Below are positions 31,182-39,416 of a stretch of DNA of 44,326 nucleotides, in pieces. Both the position numbers and the translations under genes were made by a program. Source of the stretch: a virus; the IMG/VR virus record IMGVR_UViG_3300021339_000003, positions 1 to 44,326 of that record. One strand, written 5' to 3'. The notes under the pieces were generated by a model. It was not told where the DNA came from. It did no database searches and was given only the letters and a program-made list of their open reading frames with translations. Every line of letters starts with the position of its first letter. Position 1 is the first letter of the stretch.

Positions 31182-31886
31182 GCCAACCACTCTACCAGCT
31201 CCCCGCTTTCCTGCCTACCCGACAGATTTTTAGGGGACCACCGCAATGCCCTAGGGGTCAACTGTCACGCAAGCACAGCTGCGCACGTCCCAGCACGTAC
31301 TTGACATCCCGTGCCGTTTCGTTCCGCTTTGCGCCCACCGAAAGGTCGTGAATTACTTTGAGGCCCGCTTTGGAGCTTGCTCCGGGCGGGCTTCATCGTT
31401 TTCAGAATGTCCCGTCGCTAATTCACGACCTTCATTCGCCTGACGAGCCATCGCGGCACGCGAGCTGACAGCCCTAGCAAAGTGGGCGGACTCGAAAGGG
31501 TAACTGGCGAAAATCCGTGTGTTTGCTGTGAAGGACTGCGGAGCATGCGGTGCGGGGCCTTGAGGCACCTCAGGAACGGGGCAGTAAGCCGGTGACAAAC
31601 CGATGAACCAAACTTCGGCTCCCCGAGGGTAAAACCAAAACCTGAGGCCACGCTGCGGAGTCCTTCCCGTGTCCTCGAACCGGGGCAGTGTTCGTTCCAT
31701 GAGAGAAACACCTGAAGATCGTGAGCAACGCGAAGCCTGTGAGCGGTACCAACGTGAACAGGAGCTGAAAGCGGCCCGGCAGGCCGCTCCTAAAGCCGTA
31801 CGCAGGGCGCTATCAGCGCCCATCGGTACGCCAAAAAAGTTAATCGTAACCCGTACGCGTACTGTACCAAAAACGGAGTGGAACCA
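31182..31886. promoter_or_regulatory. divergent control region between the leftward early operon and the rightward unit
   Basis: About 700 bp with no convincing gene. TAGGGG occurs twice 21 nt apart (31231, 31252), and GCACGT twice 10 nt apart (31283, 31293). TTGACA at 31301. A 14-bp perfect inverted repeat encloses a hairpin (31342-31432). The words CTGCGGAG and GAAC(C)GGGGCAGT are repeated. Confidence 0.55.
31342..31432. repeat. 14-bp perfect inverted repeat enclosing a GC-rich hairpin
   Basis: AAGGTCGTGAATTA (31342-31355) is the exact reverse complement of TAATTCACGACCTT (31419-31432). Inside it, GCCCGC (31363-68) pairs with GCGGGC (31386-91), extended by a GGAG/CTCC stem. Confidence 0.8.
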
Positions 31887-32348
31887 ATGGAATCAAACCA
31901 ATCGACGATGAGCGCTGACCGTACGTTGGACGAAGCGATTGCTTTGGATGATGAGAGGGACGGGCGCTTGCGCCGTCCCTGCAAAGGCTGGACGGACAAG
32001 CGCAGAAAACCAACCAGTCTCCTGACCACAAGCAGCCTGCTCTCGTACATGGGGTGCGTACACCGGTCGCCACACTCTAGCGACGTCGTTTTCCGTGAGC
32101 TGAAAAAGCGTGGCCACCAATTCCATTCCGAGGTGCGCCCCGAGGACACTGACAATTACAACCTGCGTTATTGGACGCCCAAGCGCACACTGGCCTTCGT
32201 GGACCTTCCGACTCTTGAGAGCCTTGTCCAATGGCTCGCCACCCACCCGGAATGCACGCCCGATCGCGTTACGCTTAATGGGAAATTCGTGCGTTTCGAG
32301 AAACACGTGTTGCGACCAGCCCTCACCCCCACCAAGGGAAAACTGTAG
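31887..32348 (+). CDS. hypothetical protein (153 aa), first gene of the rightward unit
   Basis: ATG 31887 is preceded by GGAG (31875-31878) at an 8-nt spacing. The track start at 31878 is a GTG. Lower G+C than the late genes. Confidence 0.6.
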   Translation: MESNQSTMSADRTLDEAIALDDERDGRLRRPCKGWTDKRRKPTSLLTTSSLLSYMGCVHRSPHSSDVVFRELKKRGHQFHSEVRPEDTDNYNLRYWTPKRTLAFVDLPTLESLVQWLATHPECTPDRVTLNGKFVRFEKHVLRPALTPTKGKL

Positions 32349-32397
32349 CCCCGCAACGGGGTGACGGGCCTTCGGCCCTGTGGTAGCATTGCTCCCG

Positions 32398-32760
32398 ATG
32401 AACTCAAAGCCAGCCACAGCACAGCACAACAGCCCCGCCAAGGCTTCGTTCACGCCGGGGCCGTGGACCTGCGGTGCAGTTGTCTCAGACCACCCGTTCG
32501 ACATCTGCCTCGGTTACGAGGTGAAAGGCGAGGGGTCGCCGATCATGCTTGCTTCTGTGTTCTCGGACGAAGGCGCGAACGCCTTCATTTCGGTCGATCA
32601 GGCGAAAGCCAACGCCCGCCTCATCGCCAGCGCCCCGGCGCTTCTGGAGGCGCTGATTGCCTACGTTGAGCTGGAGGAAAGCGCAGCTCCGTACTCGGCG
32701 AGCCCCATACGTCTGAAGGCCCGCGCAGCCATCAACGCCGCCACTTCCGCCCCTGCCTGA
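32398..32760 (+). CDS. hypothetical protein (120 aa) of a widespread small phage/prophage family
   Basis: FTPGPW...ANARLIASAPALLEAL is a motif pair I recall from many uncharacterised phage proteins. A terminator follows. Confidence 0.55.
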   Translation: MNSKPATAQHNSPAKASFTPGPWTCGAVVSDHPFDICLGYEVKGEGSPIMLASVFSDEGANAFISVDQAKANARLIASAPALLEALIAYVELEESAAPYSASPIRLKARAAINAATSAPA

Positions 32761-32785
32761 GAAACAGGGACGGGTCTTCATCAGC

Positions 32786-32823
32786 AAGCCGTCTCTCTCA
32801 CAAGGGACGGCTTCGCTGTTTCC
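32786..32823 (+). terminator. rho-independent terminator
   Basis: AAGCCGTCTCT-ctcaca-AGGGACGGCTT (11 bp, one G-T pair) followed by CGCTGTTTCC. Confidence 0.6.
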
Positions 32824-32888
32824 ATCCTTCGCTAAAGCTTCGGATGGTAAACTTGACCTTGTGCCGTCACATCACGATAGGTTGATGC

Positions 32889-33533
32889 GTGGTTGCCGCT
32901 GTTGAGCCAGTAGTAGCGATTGGTAGCGTCCCCAAGGAGCTTACCGGTCCCGAGGCGTACTTCGCCCGTTTGATCGCCTGCGATGGATTCACGCCAACGC
33001 GCGCCTATCGCATTGCGTGGAAGTCGGATGCCGTGAGAGCCAAGGACATCGCTCCTCGCGTACTGGCACGAGAGCGCGTCGCCGCAAAGATCCGCGAGCT
33101 AAAGGCTCAGGCTGACCGCGACGGAATGCTCCGGCTCAACGAGCGCCGCGCGCTCCTCGCAGACACGGCCCGCAGGTTCATTCGCGTCGCGCCATCACAC
33201 GGCGATCGGATTGCGGCCATCCGCGAGGACGCCATTCTTGCCGGCGAGCGCAACGAACAATCGACCATCACAGCCGACGTTTCTCTCACGGCTGTCCTGC
33301 GCGCCATCGAGCGCACAGGGGACGTCCGCGCCGCCGCAGGTGTCGTCCTCGACATCGCGGGCGTACCAAGCGCCCCGCAGTTGGTGGCTGTAACGCGTAC
33401 CGAGCCCGAATCGGCTCCGACCCATACCGAGGCCCCCGACGATCAAAAGCCCTACGTTTCAGCAGGAGAGGCCGCTGTGAGCCTTCCGGGAGTGGTTGTT
33501 GACGCCGTGTTCTCGCAATCGTACGAGGAATGA
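32889..33533 (+). CDS. terminase small subunit (candidate)
   Basis: GPEAYFARLIACDGFTPTRAYRIAWKSD...IAPRVLARERVAAKIRELKAQADRDGMLRLNERRALLADTAR follows the HTH-plus-coiled-coil pattern of Terminase_2-type small subunits. GTG start. Confidence 0.55.
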   Translation: MVAAVEPVVAIGSVPKELTGPEAYFARLIACDGFTPTRAYRIAWKSDAVRAKDIAPRVLARERVAAKIRELKAQADRDGMLRLNERRALLADTARRFIRVAPSHGDRIAAIREDAILAGERNEQSTITADVSLTAVLRAIERTGDVRAAAGVVLDIAGVPSAPQLVAVTRTEPESAPTHTEAPDDQKPYVSAGEAAVSLPGVVVDAVFSQSYEE

Positions 33534-33537
33534 CCAA

Positions 33538-33837
33538 ATGAGCCTTCGCGATCCATCAAAACCTCGCGTGTTTGGTGCGTTTGCCAAAGAAATGCGGCGG
33601 CACAAGGCGACTGCTGTCGCCAATACAAAGGGTCAGTGCTTTTACTGTCACGGGCCGGTGACGGCGCTTAACACAAGGCTCGTGCTCCGCTCACCGGGCG
33701 TGAGCACAATCAAAGGGATGCCGAAATTTGCCGTGCCGTGCTGCCAGTTGTGTCTCGTCGCGCGTGAGCGAGTGCAGGACAAGCTTAATCAGGCCTGCCG
33801 GAACTACAGGCCGTCCGGCTATTTTCGCCCATCATGA
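33538..33837 (+). CDS. zinc-ribbon protein (99 aa)
   Basis: CFYCHG...(33 aa)...CCQLC. No complete HNH motif. Confidence 0.5.
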   Translation: MSLRDPSKPRVFGAFAKEMRRHKATAVANTKGQCFYCHGPVTALNTRLVLRSPGVSTIKGMPKFAVPCCQLCLVARERVQDKLNQACRNYRPSGYFRPS

Positions 33838-34223
33838 GCGGCGCTATTGTCGGAGCCCCTGCCGTCGATCGCGGCAATCTCTCTGCCGTCAAGCTGACGC
33901 AGCGCAGCAACACAGGCCCGCCTCCTGACAACACGCCGTCGCAATCGACGACGCAATGGCAGCCCTCGTCCGCCGAGCTGTCCGCGCTCGCCGCCCTCGT
34001 GGGCCTCGGCCTCGTCACGCGCACAGCCACGGGGACGTACGTCGTACGCTCCCTCGCCGTCTCGCTGCCGCTCGTCGTATCCAACCCTGCCGGTACAGCC
34101 GGCAATCCAACGCTGTCGCTCAATGCCGTACCTGCCTCAGCCTCGCCCGACACCAACGACACGAAGATACGGGTGACGATAGGCGGGCAGCAGTACGATT
34201 TGCTCGCCGTGTTGGTTCCGTAG
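33834..34223 (+). CDS. tail-fibre-like protein (129 aa)
   Basis: LSALAALVGLGLVTRTATGTYVVRSLAVSLPLVVSNPAGTAGNPTLSL is a segment typical of phage fibre N-terminal regions. ATGA overlap upstream. Confidence 0.5.
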   Translation: MSGAIVGAPAVDRGNLSAVKLTQRSNTGPPPDNTPSQSTTQWQPSSAELSALAALVGLGLVTRTATGTYVVRSLAVSLPLVVSNPAGTAGNPTLSLNAVPASASPDTNDTKIRVTIGGQQYDLLAVLVP

Positions 34224-34292
34224 TCCCGCGCGCCATCAGCCGCTTGCGACTCTTTCCTTGACCGCCTGAGGGATTGTACGCATTCCGCATCC

Positions 34293-34538
34293 ATGGTCGT
34301 TCAAGTTGGCGTCTCTCCCACAGCGCTGCTCCCGTACGCCAAGGGGCGTACCGTGGCGCTCATCCAGCCGCAAGGCGGTGACATCGAGTTTCTGCTCGGC
34401 TCGGCTCCCGGCATGACAGCAGGCATTCTCCTCTCAGACGGCGACGTATTCACGTACGGCCCCGGCAACGCAAATCTTGGGATCACAGCGATTTCCAGCG
34501 GCTCGGCCGCTGTTGATGTCGTCGTCACCGAACGATGA
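34293..34538 (+). CDS. hypothetical protein (81 aa), fibre module
   Basis: ATGA overlap with the fibre gene. Confidence 0.55.
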   Translation: MVVQVGVSPTALLPYAKGRTVALIQPQGGDIEFLLGSAPGMTAGILLSDGDVFTYGPGNANLGITAISSGSAAVDVVVTER

Positions 34539-36043
34539 GCGTCGCCGGCTGGACAGTCTCGAAGCCTGGCGGCGGTGGAGGCGGTGGACCGCCCACAGGC
34601 GCAGCAGGCGGGGACCTCTCGGGGACCTACCCGAATCCAACCGTCGCCCGCGTCAACGGTGTTGCGCTCTCGCCCACTACGGTGGGCGCAGCGTTCGTCA
34701 ATCTCGCCAATCCATCGGCGATCACGTTCCCGCGCATCAACGCGGACAACACGGTCACGGCTTTGGACGCAGCGTCGCTTCGTGCCGCCATTGGTGCCGG
34801 CACAGGAGCCGGTACGGTCACCTCGGTCAGCGTGACCACGGCCAATGGTGTTTCCGGCGTCGTGGCGACAGCCACGACCACGCCAGCGATTACGCTCACA
34901 CTCGGGGCGATTACGCCCACGAGCGTTGCGGCGACAACATTCGTCACGGCGGCAACGGGCGTCTTCTCAACGTCTGTCGGCATCGGCACGGGCGCAACCA
35001 CGCCCGCGACGCAGTTCGAGGTGAGCGACACGGTGACGACCAGTCCCCGGGGCATCGTCAGCAGCCAGCACAACAACGGCACGGACTCGGCGATGTACTC
35101 GATGAGGAAGAGTCGCGGCACTCTCGCGACTCCGCTCGTAGTCGTCACAGCCGACGTCATCGGCCGCATCAGCTTCGCGGGCTACGATGGAGCCAACTAC
35201 ATCGAGTCGGCCTACATCCGGGCGGTCAGCACGGGTACGATTGCGGCGACGCGTGTGCCGACGCAGCTTGAGTTCTACACGGGTACGGACGCGGCTCCGA
35301 CGGTGGCAACGCTGCGCCTGACCATTGACGCAGCCGGCAAGCTGATCGGCGGTGCGCAGAACCTGACGATTCAGAGCGGCACCGGAAACAGCCGCACGAT
35401 GATCTTTCAGACAACGACGTCGGGCGGTGTGGCTACCACGGCGTTGACGCTCAATGCGGATCAGAGCGCGGCATTTGCGGGGGCAATATCGGTCGCGAGC
35501 ACCGCGGATTTTGGAGGCAACTGGGGAAACGTATCCGGAAAACTAAACTACGACAACGCGACTAATGTGTTTCGGTTTAACTCAACGGCGATTCAGGCTT
35601 GGTCGAGCACGTCTAACAGCTTCGGGACGCTTGATCTTTTCCTTAATCGCCGCGCCGCCGCCACGCTCCAACTCGGCGCAGCCGACGCAGCATCGCCCGT
35701 CTCCCAGACCATCGCAACCCAAGGCAGCCGCGGCGGCACAGACAGTAATATTGCTGGCGGAAACCTGACGGTCCAGAGCGGCCTCGGCACCGGCATTGGC
35801 GCTGTCACGTCACTCATCTTCAATACGCCCACCGTGGCCGCGAGCGGCACCACGCAGCAGACCAGTGCGACGCGGCTTACACTGAGTAGCGCGGGCGTTG
35901 TCGTGGCGAGCGGCATGAAGTTTCTCGTCGGCAACGCAGCCGTCACAGGTCTTGTCGCAGGCGCTCTTGCTGCGCTGACGACAGCCTCCATCGTTATCAC
36001 CGACAGCGCAGGGCAGGACTACCGCATCCCCTGTATCATCTGA
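34535..36043 (+). CDS. tail fibre protein
   Basis: 502 aa. GGGGGGGPPTGAAGGDLSGTYPNPTV is a classic fibre motif, followed by long Thr/Ser/Ala/Val/Gly beta-repeats (SVSVTTANGVSGVVATATTTPAITLTLGAITPTSV). Confidence 0.8.
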   Translation: MSVAGWTVSKPGGGGGGGPPTGAAGGDLSGTYPNPTVARVNGVALSPTTVGAAFVNLANPSAITFPRINADNTVTALDAASLRAAIGAGTGAGTVTSVSVTTANGVSGVVATATTTPAITLTLGAITPTSVAATTFVTAATGVFSTSVGIGTGATTPATQFEVSDTVTTSPRGIVSSQHNNGTDSAMYSMRKSRGTLATPLVVVTADVIGRISFAGYDGANYIESAYIRAVSTGTIAATRVPTQLEFYTGTDAAPTVATLRLTIDAAGKLIGGAQNLTIQSGTGNSRTMIFQTTTSGGVATTALTLNADQSAAFAGAISVASTADFGGNWGNVSGKLNYDNATNVFRFNSTAIQAWSSTSNSFGTLDLFLNRRAAATLQLGAADAASPVSQTIATQGSRGGTDSNIAGGNLTVQSGLGTGIGAVTSLIFNTPTVAASGTTQQTSATRLTLSSAGVVVASGMKFLVGNAAVTGLVAGALAALTTASIVITDSAGQDYRIPCII

Positions 36044-36054
36044 GGATTCTTCCA

Positions 36055-36378
36055 ATGGCTGAACTCGTCACACTCACCGCACCCATCGCGAAGCCGAATC
36101 AAACGACCGTCCGCATCACGGGGCTGTCCGTTGATGTCGAAAACAAGGTTGTTACGGTGTCGTGGATTGGGAACAACAACAACGCGCTTGAATCCGGGCA
36201 GGCTGTCTACCCGACGCCGGCACCAACCGATCACCCATCCCAGCCCACGGGAGCCGTCCTCCTCAACACCCTGAACAACGCGAACATGGCGACGACCTCG
36301 TTCGTGAAGCGGTGCCTTCAGCGCCTGCAAGCCGACGGCTACATTCCCGCCGGTACCATTGGCGGCACGCCCGATTGA
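36055..36378 (+). CDS. hypothetical protein (107 aa), fibre-associated
   Basis: Lies directly downstream of the fibre gene. C-terminus LQRLQADGYIPAGTIGGTP. Confidence 0.55.
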   Translation: MAELVTLTAPIAKPNQTTVRITGLSVDVENKVVTVSWIGNNNNALESGQAVYPTPAPTDHPSQPTGAVLLNTLNNANMATTSFVKRCLQRLQADGYIPAGTIGGTPD

Positions 36379-36379
36379 G

Positions 36380-36664
36380 GTGAAGACCATTCCGAACAAG
36401 GCCGTGACGTTCGCGGACAAGCCCGGACTGTTCTCAGACATGCTCAAGGCTGCACTCGATTTCCCGCCCGAGCGGGGCTTTGATCCGAGTACGATCCGCG
36501 CCCGTGCTCGGCTTGACGTCGTGCTGAAGGACGCGAAAGAAGGAGGCGAATTGATCTTCGAGGATGCGGACTACGAGACAGCGAAAACAGCAATAGCCGC
36601 CTGCCGCTGGGCGACGCGTTCGACAGATCACGTTGCGCTTTTCGACGCCTTCGGCATTAGCTGA
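36380..36664 (+). CDS. hypothetical protein (94 aa)
   Basis: GTG 36380 lies 1 nt after the upstream TGA. The track start at 36359 is a TTG that overlaps the upstream gene by 20 nt. The start is uncertain. Confidence 0.45.
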   Translation: MKTIPNKAVTFADKPGLFSDMLKAALDFPPERGFDPSTIRARARLDVVLKDAKEGGELIFEDADYETAKTAIAACRWATRSTDHVALFDAFGIS

Positions 36665-36667
36665 ACG

Positions 36668-36952
36668 GTGCTCACAACGTTTCTCGGGTGGCTGGGGCGA
36701 CATCTGGGACTCGCAACATCGTCCGACCTCAAAGCTACGGAGAATCACATCATGGCAAAAGTATCAGAACTTCCCGCGCTCCTGACGGCGCTCGGTGACA
36801 AGCTGGAAAAGGCGCAGGCGGAAATCGTCGCGGAAATCGACAAATTGAAGGAAGGCTTGGGCGACGTTGATCTCCCGCCCGCGTCGGCCGCTGCCCTCGC
36901 ACGCCTCGAAACGCTCGCGCAGGGTCTCGACGACTTGAATCCCGACGCGTGA
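36668..36952 (+). CDS. hypothetical coiled-coil protein (94 aa, or 66 aa from ATG 36752)
   Basis: GTG 36668. An alternative ATG at 36752 is preceded by GGAG at a 9-nt spacing. C-terminus LEKAQAEIVAEIDKLKEGL. Confidence 0.45.
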   Translation: MLTTFLGWLGRHLGLATSSDLKATENHIMAKVSELPALLTALGDKLEKAQAEIVAEIDKLKEGLGDVDLPPASAAALARLETLAQGLDDLNPDA

Positions 36953-38319
36953 GCTTCGAGCCTCCGGTCAGTCCGTCCAAGGCCCAGCTCACACAGCGAC
37001 AGGTACGCGAATTGTGGGCATGGGCGCAGAAGGCACAGACGCGCATTGCCGAGCTGGAAGCGCCGACGGTACCGCCTCCACAGCCGTCCGCCGAGCGCCT
37101 GCTTCTCGTCAATGGCGTCGTCCTCTTCGAGAGCGACAGAACGTCCGCCGGCTATTCCGGCGGCGTCCTCGTTCTCGCCGAACCAAACACCACGAACCCG
37201 TGGTGGCGACAGACAACGCAGAAAGGCGCGTGGGATTGGAAGTGGGCGAAGGCTGACGGCTTCCGCTCCGGCTCGTGGCAGCCGTTTCCGGCCATTCCTG
37301 TGCCTGTTCCCGTCCCTGATCCTCCCGTACCCATACCAACGCCGCCCCCAACCACAGGAAAGGCGTACATGGACCATTGGATGCTCGCCTTCTCCGGTGT
37401 GGGTAAAGGCATGGAGCCGGAGGCTGAGACCATCAGTCGCGGGACCAAATACGGCCTGAACGTCCGGGGTCTCTTCGCCGACGGTCCCCTGTCGGGCAAC
37501 GCCGAGGACGACGGGTACGGAGCGCGCATGGTCGCCATGATGGACGCGTGCAAGGGGACTGGCGTACGCGCGATGCCGTGGTGCCACATGAACGGCCGGC
37601 CGAAGCAGGAATTCCTCGATTTCGCGAAGCGTACGCTCTCCCACGAATGCGTCTGGCGTCCCAACGGACGCCCCGTCCTCGCGTGGTATTCGTACTACGA
37701 TGTGCAGGCTCCGATTGTCGCCTACCTCCGGCAACAGCTCGGCTACGAATTCGATTTGTACGCGTCGCCCTACGTCTGGGACGACAACCAGTGGCTGACG
37801 GAACACGGACAGGCCGGGGGCCGCCAGCGCGTCTACACGGACATGGGAAGCTGGTACCTCCCGAAGCATCCGGAAGTACAGGGCATCATCAATTTCGCGG
37901 CGGACTACGGCGTCGGCTACAACGACCCCGAGGCGCTCATGCGCGCGAAGGTGCGCAACACGAACATAGCCGAGGGCTGTAAGGCCAACGGACGCGTTGC
38001 CGTCCTCGGGTGGAATGCGAAGTACTACACGGACACATTCACGGACGAGGCCGTAAAGGCCCAGCTCGCGCACATGGAGAGCCTGAACGGTCCGCACGTC
38101 CTCGGGTGGTGCGTCACAACAGGCAACGACCTCGTTGAAAAGTCGTACGTGAACGACGTGGGCGTGGATTTCGCGACGGAGAACGGGGAGAAGGTCGTGT
38201 ACCTCCCGCCGCGTGGGACGTTCCGCTTCGGGGACAACGTGCCGTACCCCTCGAAGGTGCAGACGCGATACAGCGACCTTGCGCTTCCGTGCGTTAAACG
38301 CTTTCGTGGTCTCCCATGA
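36949..38319 (+). CDS. putative polysaccharide-active enzyme (glycoside-hydrolase-like barrel?) with N-terminal coiled coil and Pro-rich linker; depolymerase or non-canonical lysin candidate
   Basis: 456 aa from GTG (GTGA overlap). Coiled coil, a small beta domain, the linker PAIPVPVPVPDPPVPIPTPPPTT, then ~310 aa with alternating strand motifs (VRAMPWCHMNG, PVLAWYSYYD, GIINFAADYG, VAVLGWNAKYY, VLGWCVTTGNDLVEKSYV). The fold assignment is an inference. Confidence 0.35.
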   Translation: MSFEPPVSPSKAQLTQRQVRELWAWAQKAQTRIAELEAPTVPPPQPSAERLLLVNGVVLFESDRTSAGYSGGVLVLAEPNTTNPWWRQTTQKGAWDWKWAKADGFRSGSWQPFPAIPVPVPVPDPPVPIPTPPPTTGKAYMDHWMLAFSGVGKGMEPEAETISRGTKYGLNVRGLFADGPLSGNAEDDGYGARMVAMMDACKGTGVRAMPWCHMNGRPKQEFLDFAKRTLSHECVWRPNGRPVLAWYSYYDVQAPIVAYLRQQLGYEFDLYASPYVWDDNQWLTEHGQAGGRQRVYTDMGSWYLPKHPEVQGIINFAADYGVGYNDPEALMRAKVRNTNIAEGCKANGRVAVLGWNAKYYTDTFTDEAVKAQLAHMESLNGPHVLGWCVTTGNDLVEKSYVNDVGVDFATENGEKVVYLPPRGTFRFGDNVPYPSKVQTRYSDLALPCVKRFRGLP

Positions 38320-38489
38320 CCCTGCAATTCTGGTACTGGCTGTTTATGGCCCTGTGGCTCGTGTTCGGCGTCTGGTCAGCGTGGCCGTTCAGCGCCTCGA
38401 CAGCGCGCCCCCTCGGGGCGTCGCTTCTCATCTTCATCCTGTTTCTCATCCTCGGGTGGCAGACCTTCGGTTCACCCATCAAATCATGA
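38316..38489 (+). CDS. small two-TM membrane protein (57 aa; below the ORF-track cutoff), holin-class candidate
   Basis: MTLQFWYWLFMALWLVFGVWSAWPFSASTARPLGASLLIFILFLILGWQTFGSPIKS. ATGA overlaps at both ends. Confidence 0.5.
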   Translation: MTLQFWYWLFMALWLVFGVWSAWPFSASTARPLGASLLIFILFLILGWQTFGSPIKS

Positions 38490-38878
38490 GACACTTCCGG
38501 AAAATCTTTCTTTCCCTCTTCGTCGCGAACGTGGTTGTGTGGACGCCCATCTACGTCTCGTTCGCTCTCGCGCTGACTGGCTGTCAGACGACAGCCACGC
38601 CGCAGGCGACGATGTTCGCGACGCTGCAAGCGTCGGCTGCCGGCATCGACAGTTTCCGCGCCTCGTACGAAACGGCGTTCGCCGCCGGCCAGATTGACGC
38701 CGCGAAACGCACGCAGCTCGACGCTCAGTACAACAAGGCCAATGACACGATCATTGTCGCGGCGCGTGCCGCGCGCGATGGCATGGCGCTTAGTACGCCC
38801 GCCGAAGTCGATGCCGCCGTTCGTTCCTTCGTCGCTCTCGTCACGACCCTCGTTCCTCCGAAACCACGTACGCCGTAA
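38486..38878 (+). CDS. lipoprotein (130 aa), outer-membrane spanin-like candidate
   Basis: ATG 38486. Signal peptide MRHFRK plus a hydrophobic core, ending in the lipobox LALTG-C (Cys33). Confidence 0.55.
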   Translation: MRHFRKIFLSLFVANVVVWTPIYVSFALALTGCQTTATPQATMFATLQASAAGIDSFRASYETAFAAGQIDAAKRTQLDAQYNKANDTIIVAARAARDGMALSTPAEVDAAVRSFVALVTTLVPPKPRTP

Positions 38879-38883
38879 ACACC

Positions 38884-39108
38884 ATGCCCCTCGATCCAAG
38901 ACTCGATGCAGTGACAGCCCTCGCCATCGCCCTTGCCGGGATTTACGCGCCGGGCGCTGGACAGACCGTGACGGCGCTTTCCGCCCTCTTTGCCGCCGTG
39001 AAATCGTTCAACCTTTCGGCCGGTCGTGCGGCCGACTACGTGCCGACGAAAGAGGATTGGGAGAAGTTCATCGCGGAGCGTGAGAGCAAGCGCATTCCTC
39101 CGCGCTGA
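38884..39108 (+). CDS. small membrane protein (74 aa), holin/antiholin candidate
   Basis: Hydrophobic AVTALAIALAGIYAPGAG and TVTALSALFAAV segments, then a highly charged C-terminus KEDWEKFIAERESKRIPPR. CACC-ATG context. Confidence 0.45.
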   Translation: MPLDPRLDAVTALAIALAGIYAPGAGQTVTALSALFAAVKSFNLSAGRAADYVPTKEDWEKFIAERESKRIPPR

Positions 39109-39416
39109 TGTTGTCCGAAACCGTCCAGATTGCGCTCGTCGCAACGATCGCTCCCACCGTGGCCGCTCTGGCCGGCGTCTTCATTTCTCTAGGCAATCGC
39201 AGGAAGGCGGAGGAAACACGGGTGGCTGTCACAGCCACCGCGGCGAAGGCTGACACGATCATCGAGAAGGCTGCGGAAATCCACACGCTGACGAACTCGA
39301 ATCTGTCGAAGGTGACAGCGGCGCTGGAAGTCGCCAACGAGAAGATTCAGGGTCTGGAGAAGCTGATGGCGTCGATGGTCAAGGCGCATGCCGCAGCGAA
39401 CGCGGCGAAGCCGTGA
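39108..39416 (+). CDS. type-II membrane protein with coiled coil (102 aa), inner-membrane spanin (Rz)-like candidate
   Basis: N-terminal TM segment IALVATIAPTVAALAGVFISL, then a helical Ala/Lys/Glu-rich region. It lies just upstream of the terminase gene, as the T7 spanins do. Confidence 0.45.
   Translation: MLSETVQIALVATIAPTVAALAGVFISLGNRRKAEETRVAVTATAAKADTIIEKAAEIHTLTNSNLSKVTAALEVANEKIQGLEKLMASMVKAHAAANAAKP

Noticed and set aside
31660-31700. tRNA-like T-loop sequence on the - strand (CCGGTTCGAGGAC).
   Set aside because: The flanking bases do not form a 5-bp T-stem, and no acceptor, anticodon or D arms can be drawn. I found no tRNA anywhere in the window.
31353-31911. Two mutually overlapping ORFs in the control region: - strand 31353-31823 (or 31353-31700 from an internal ATG) and + strand 31669/31699-31911.
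   Set aside because: Their candidate ATGs overlap on opposite strands at one CATG. Third-position G/C is only about 50-65% by hand count. Their products are low-complexity or highly charged with no motif, and they run through the 14-bp inverted repeat and hairpin. I left them unannotated, though the 115-aa - strand ORF could be real.
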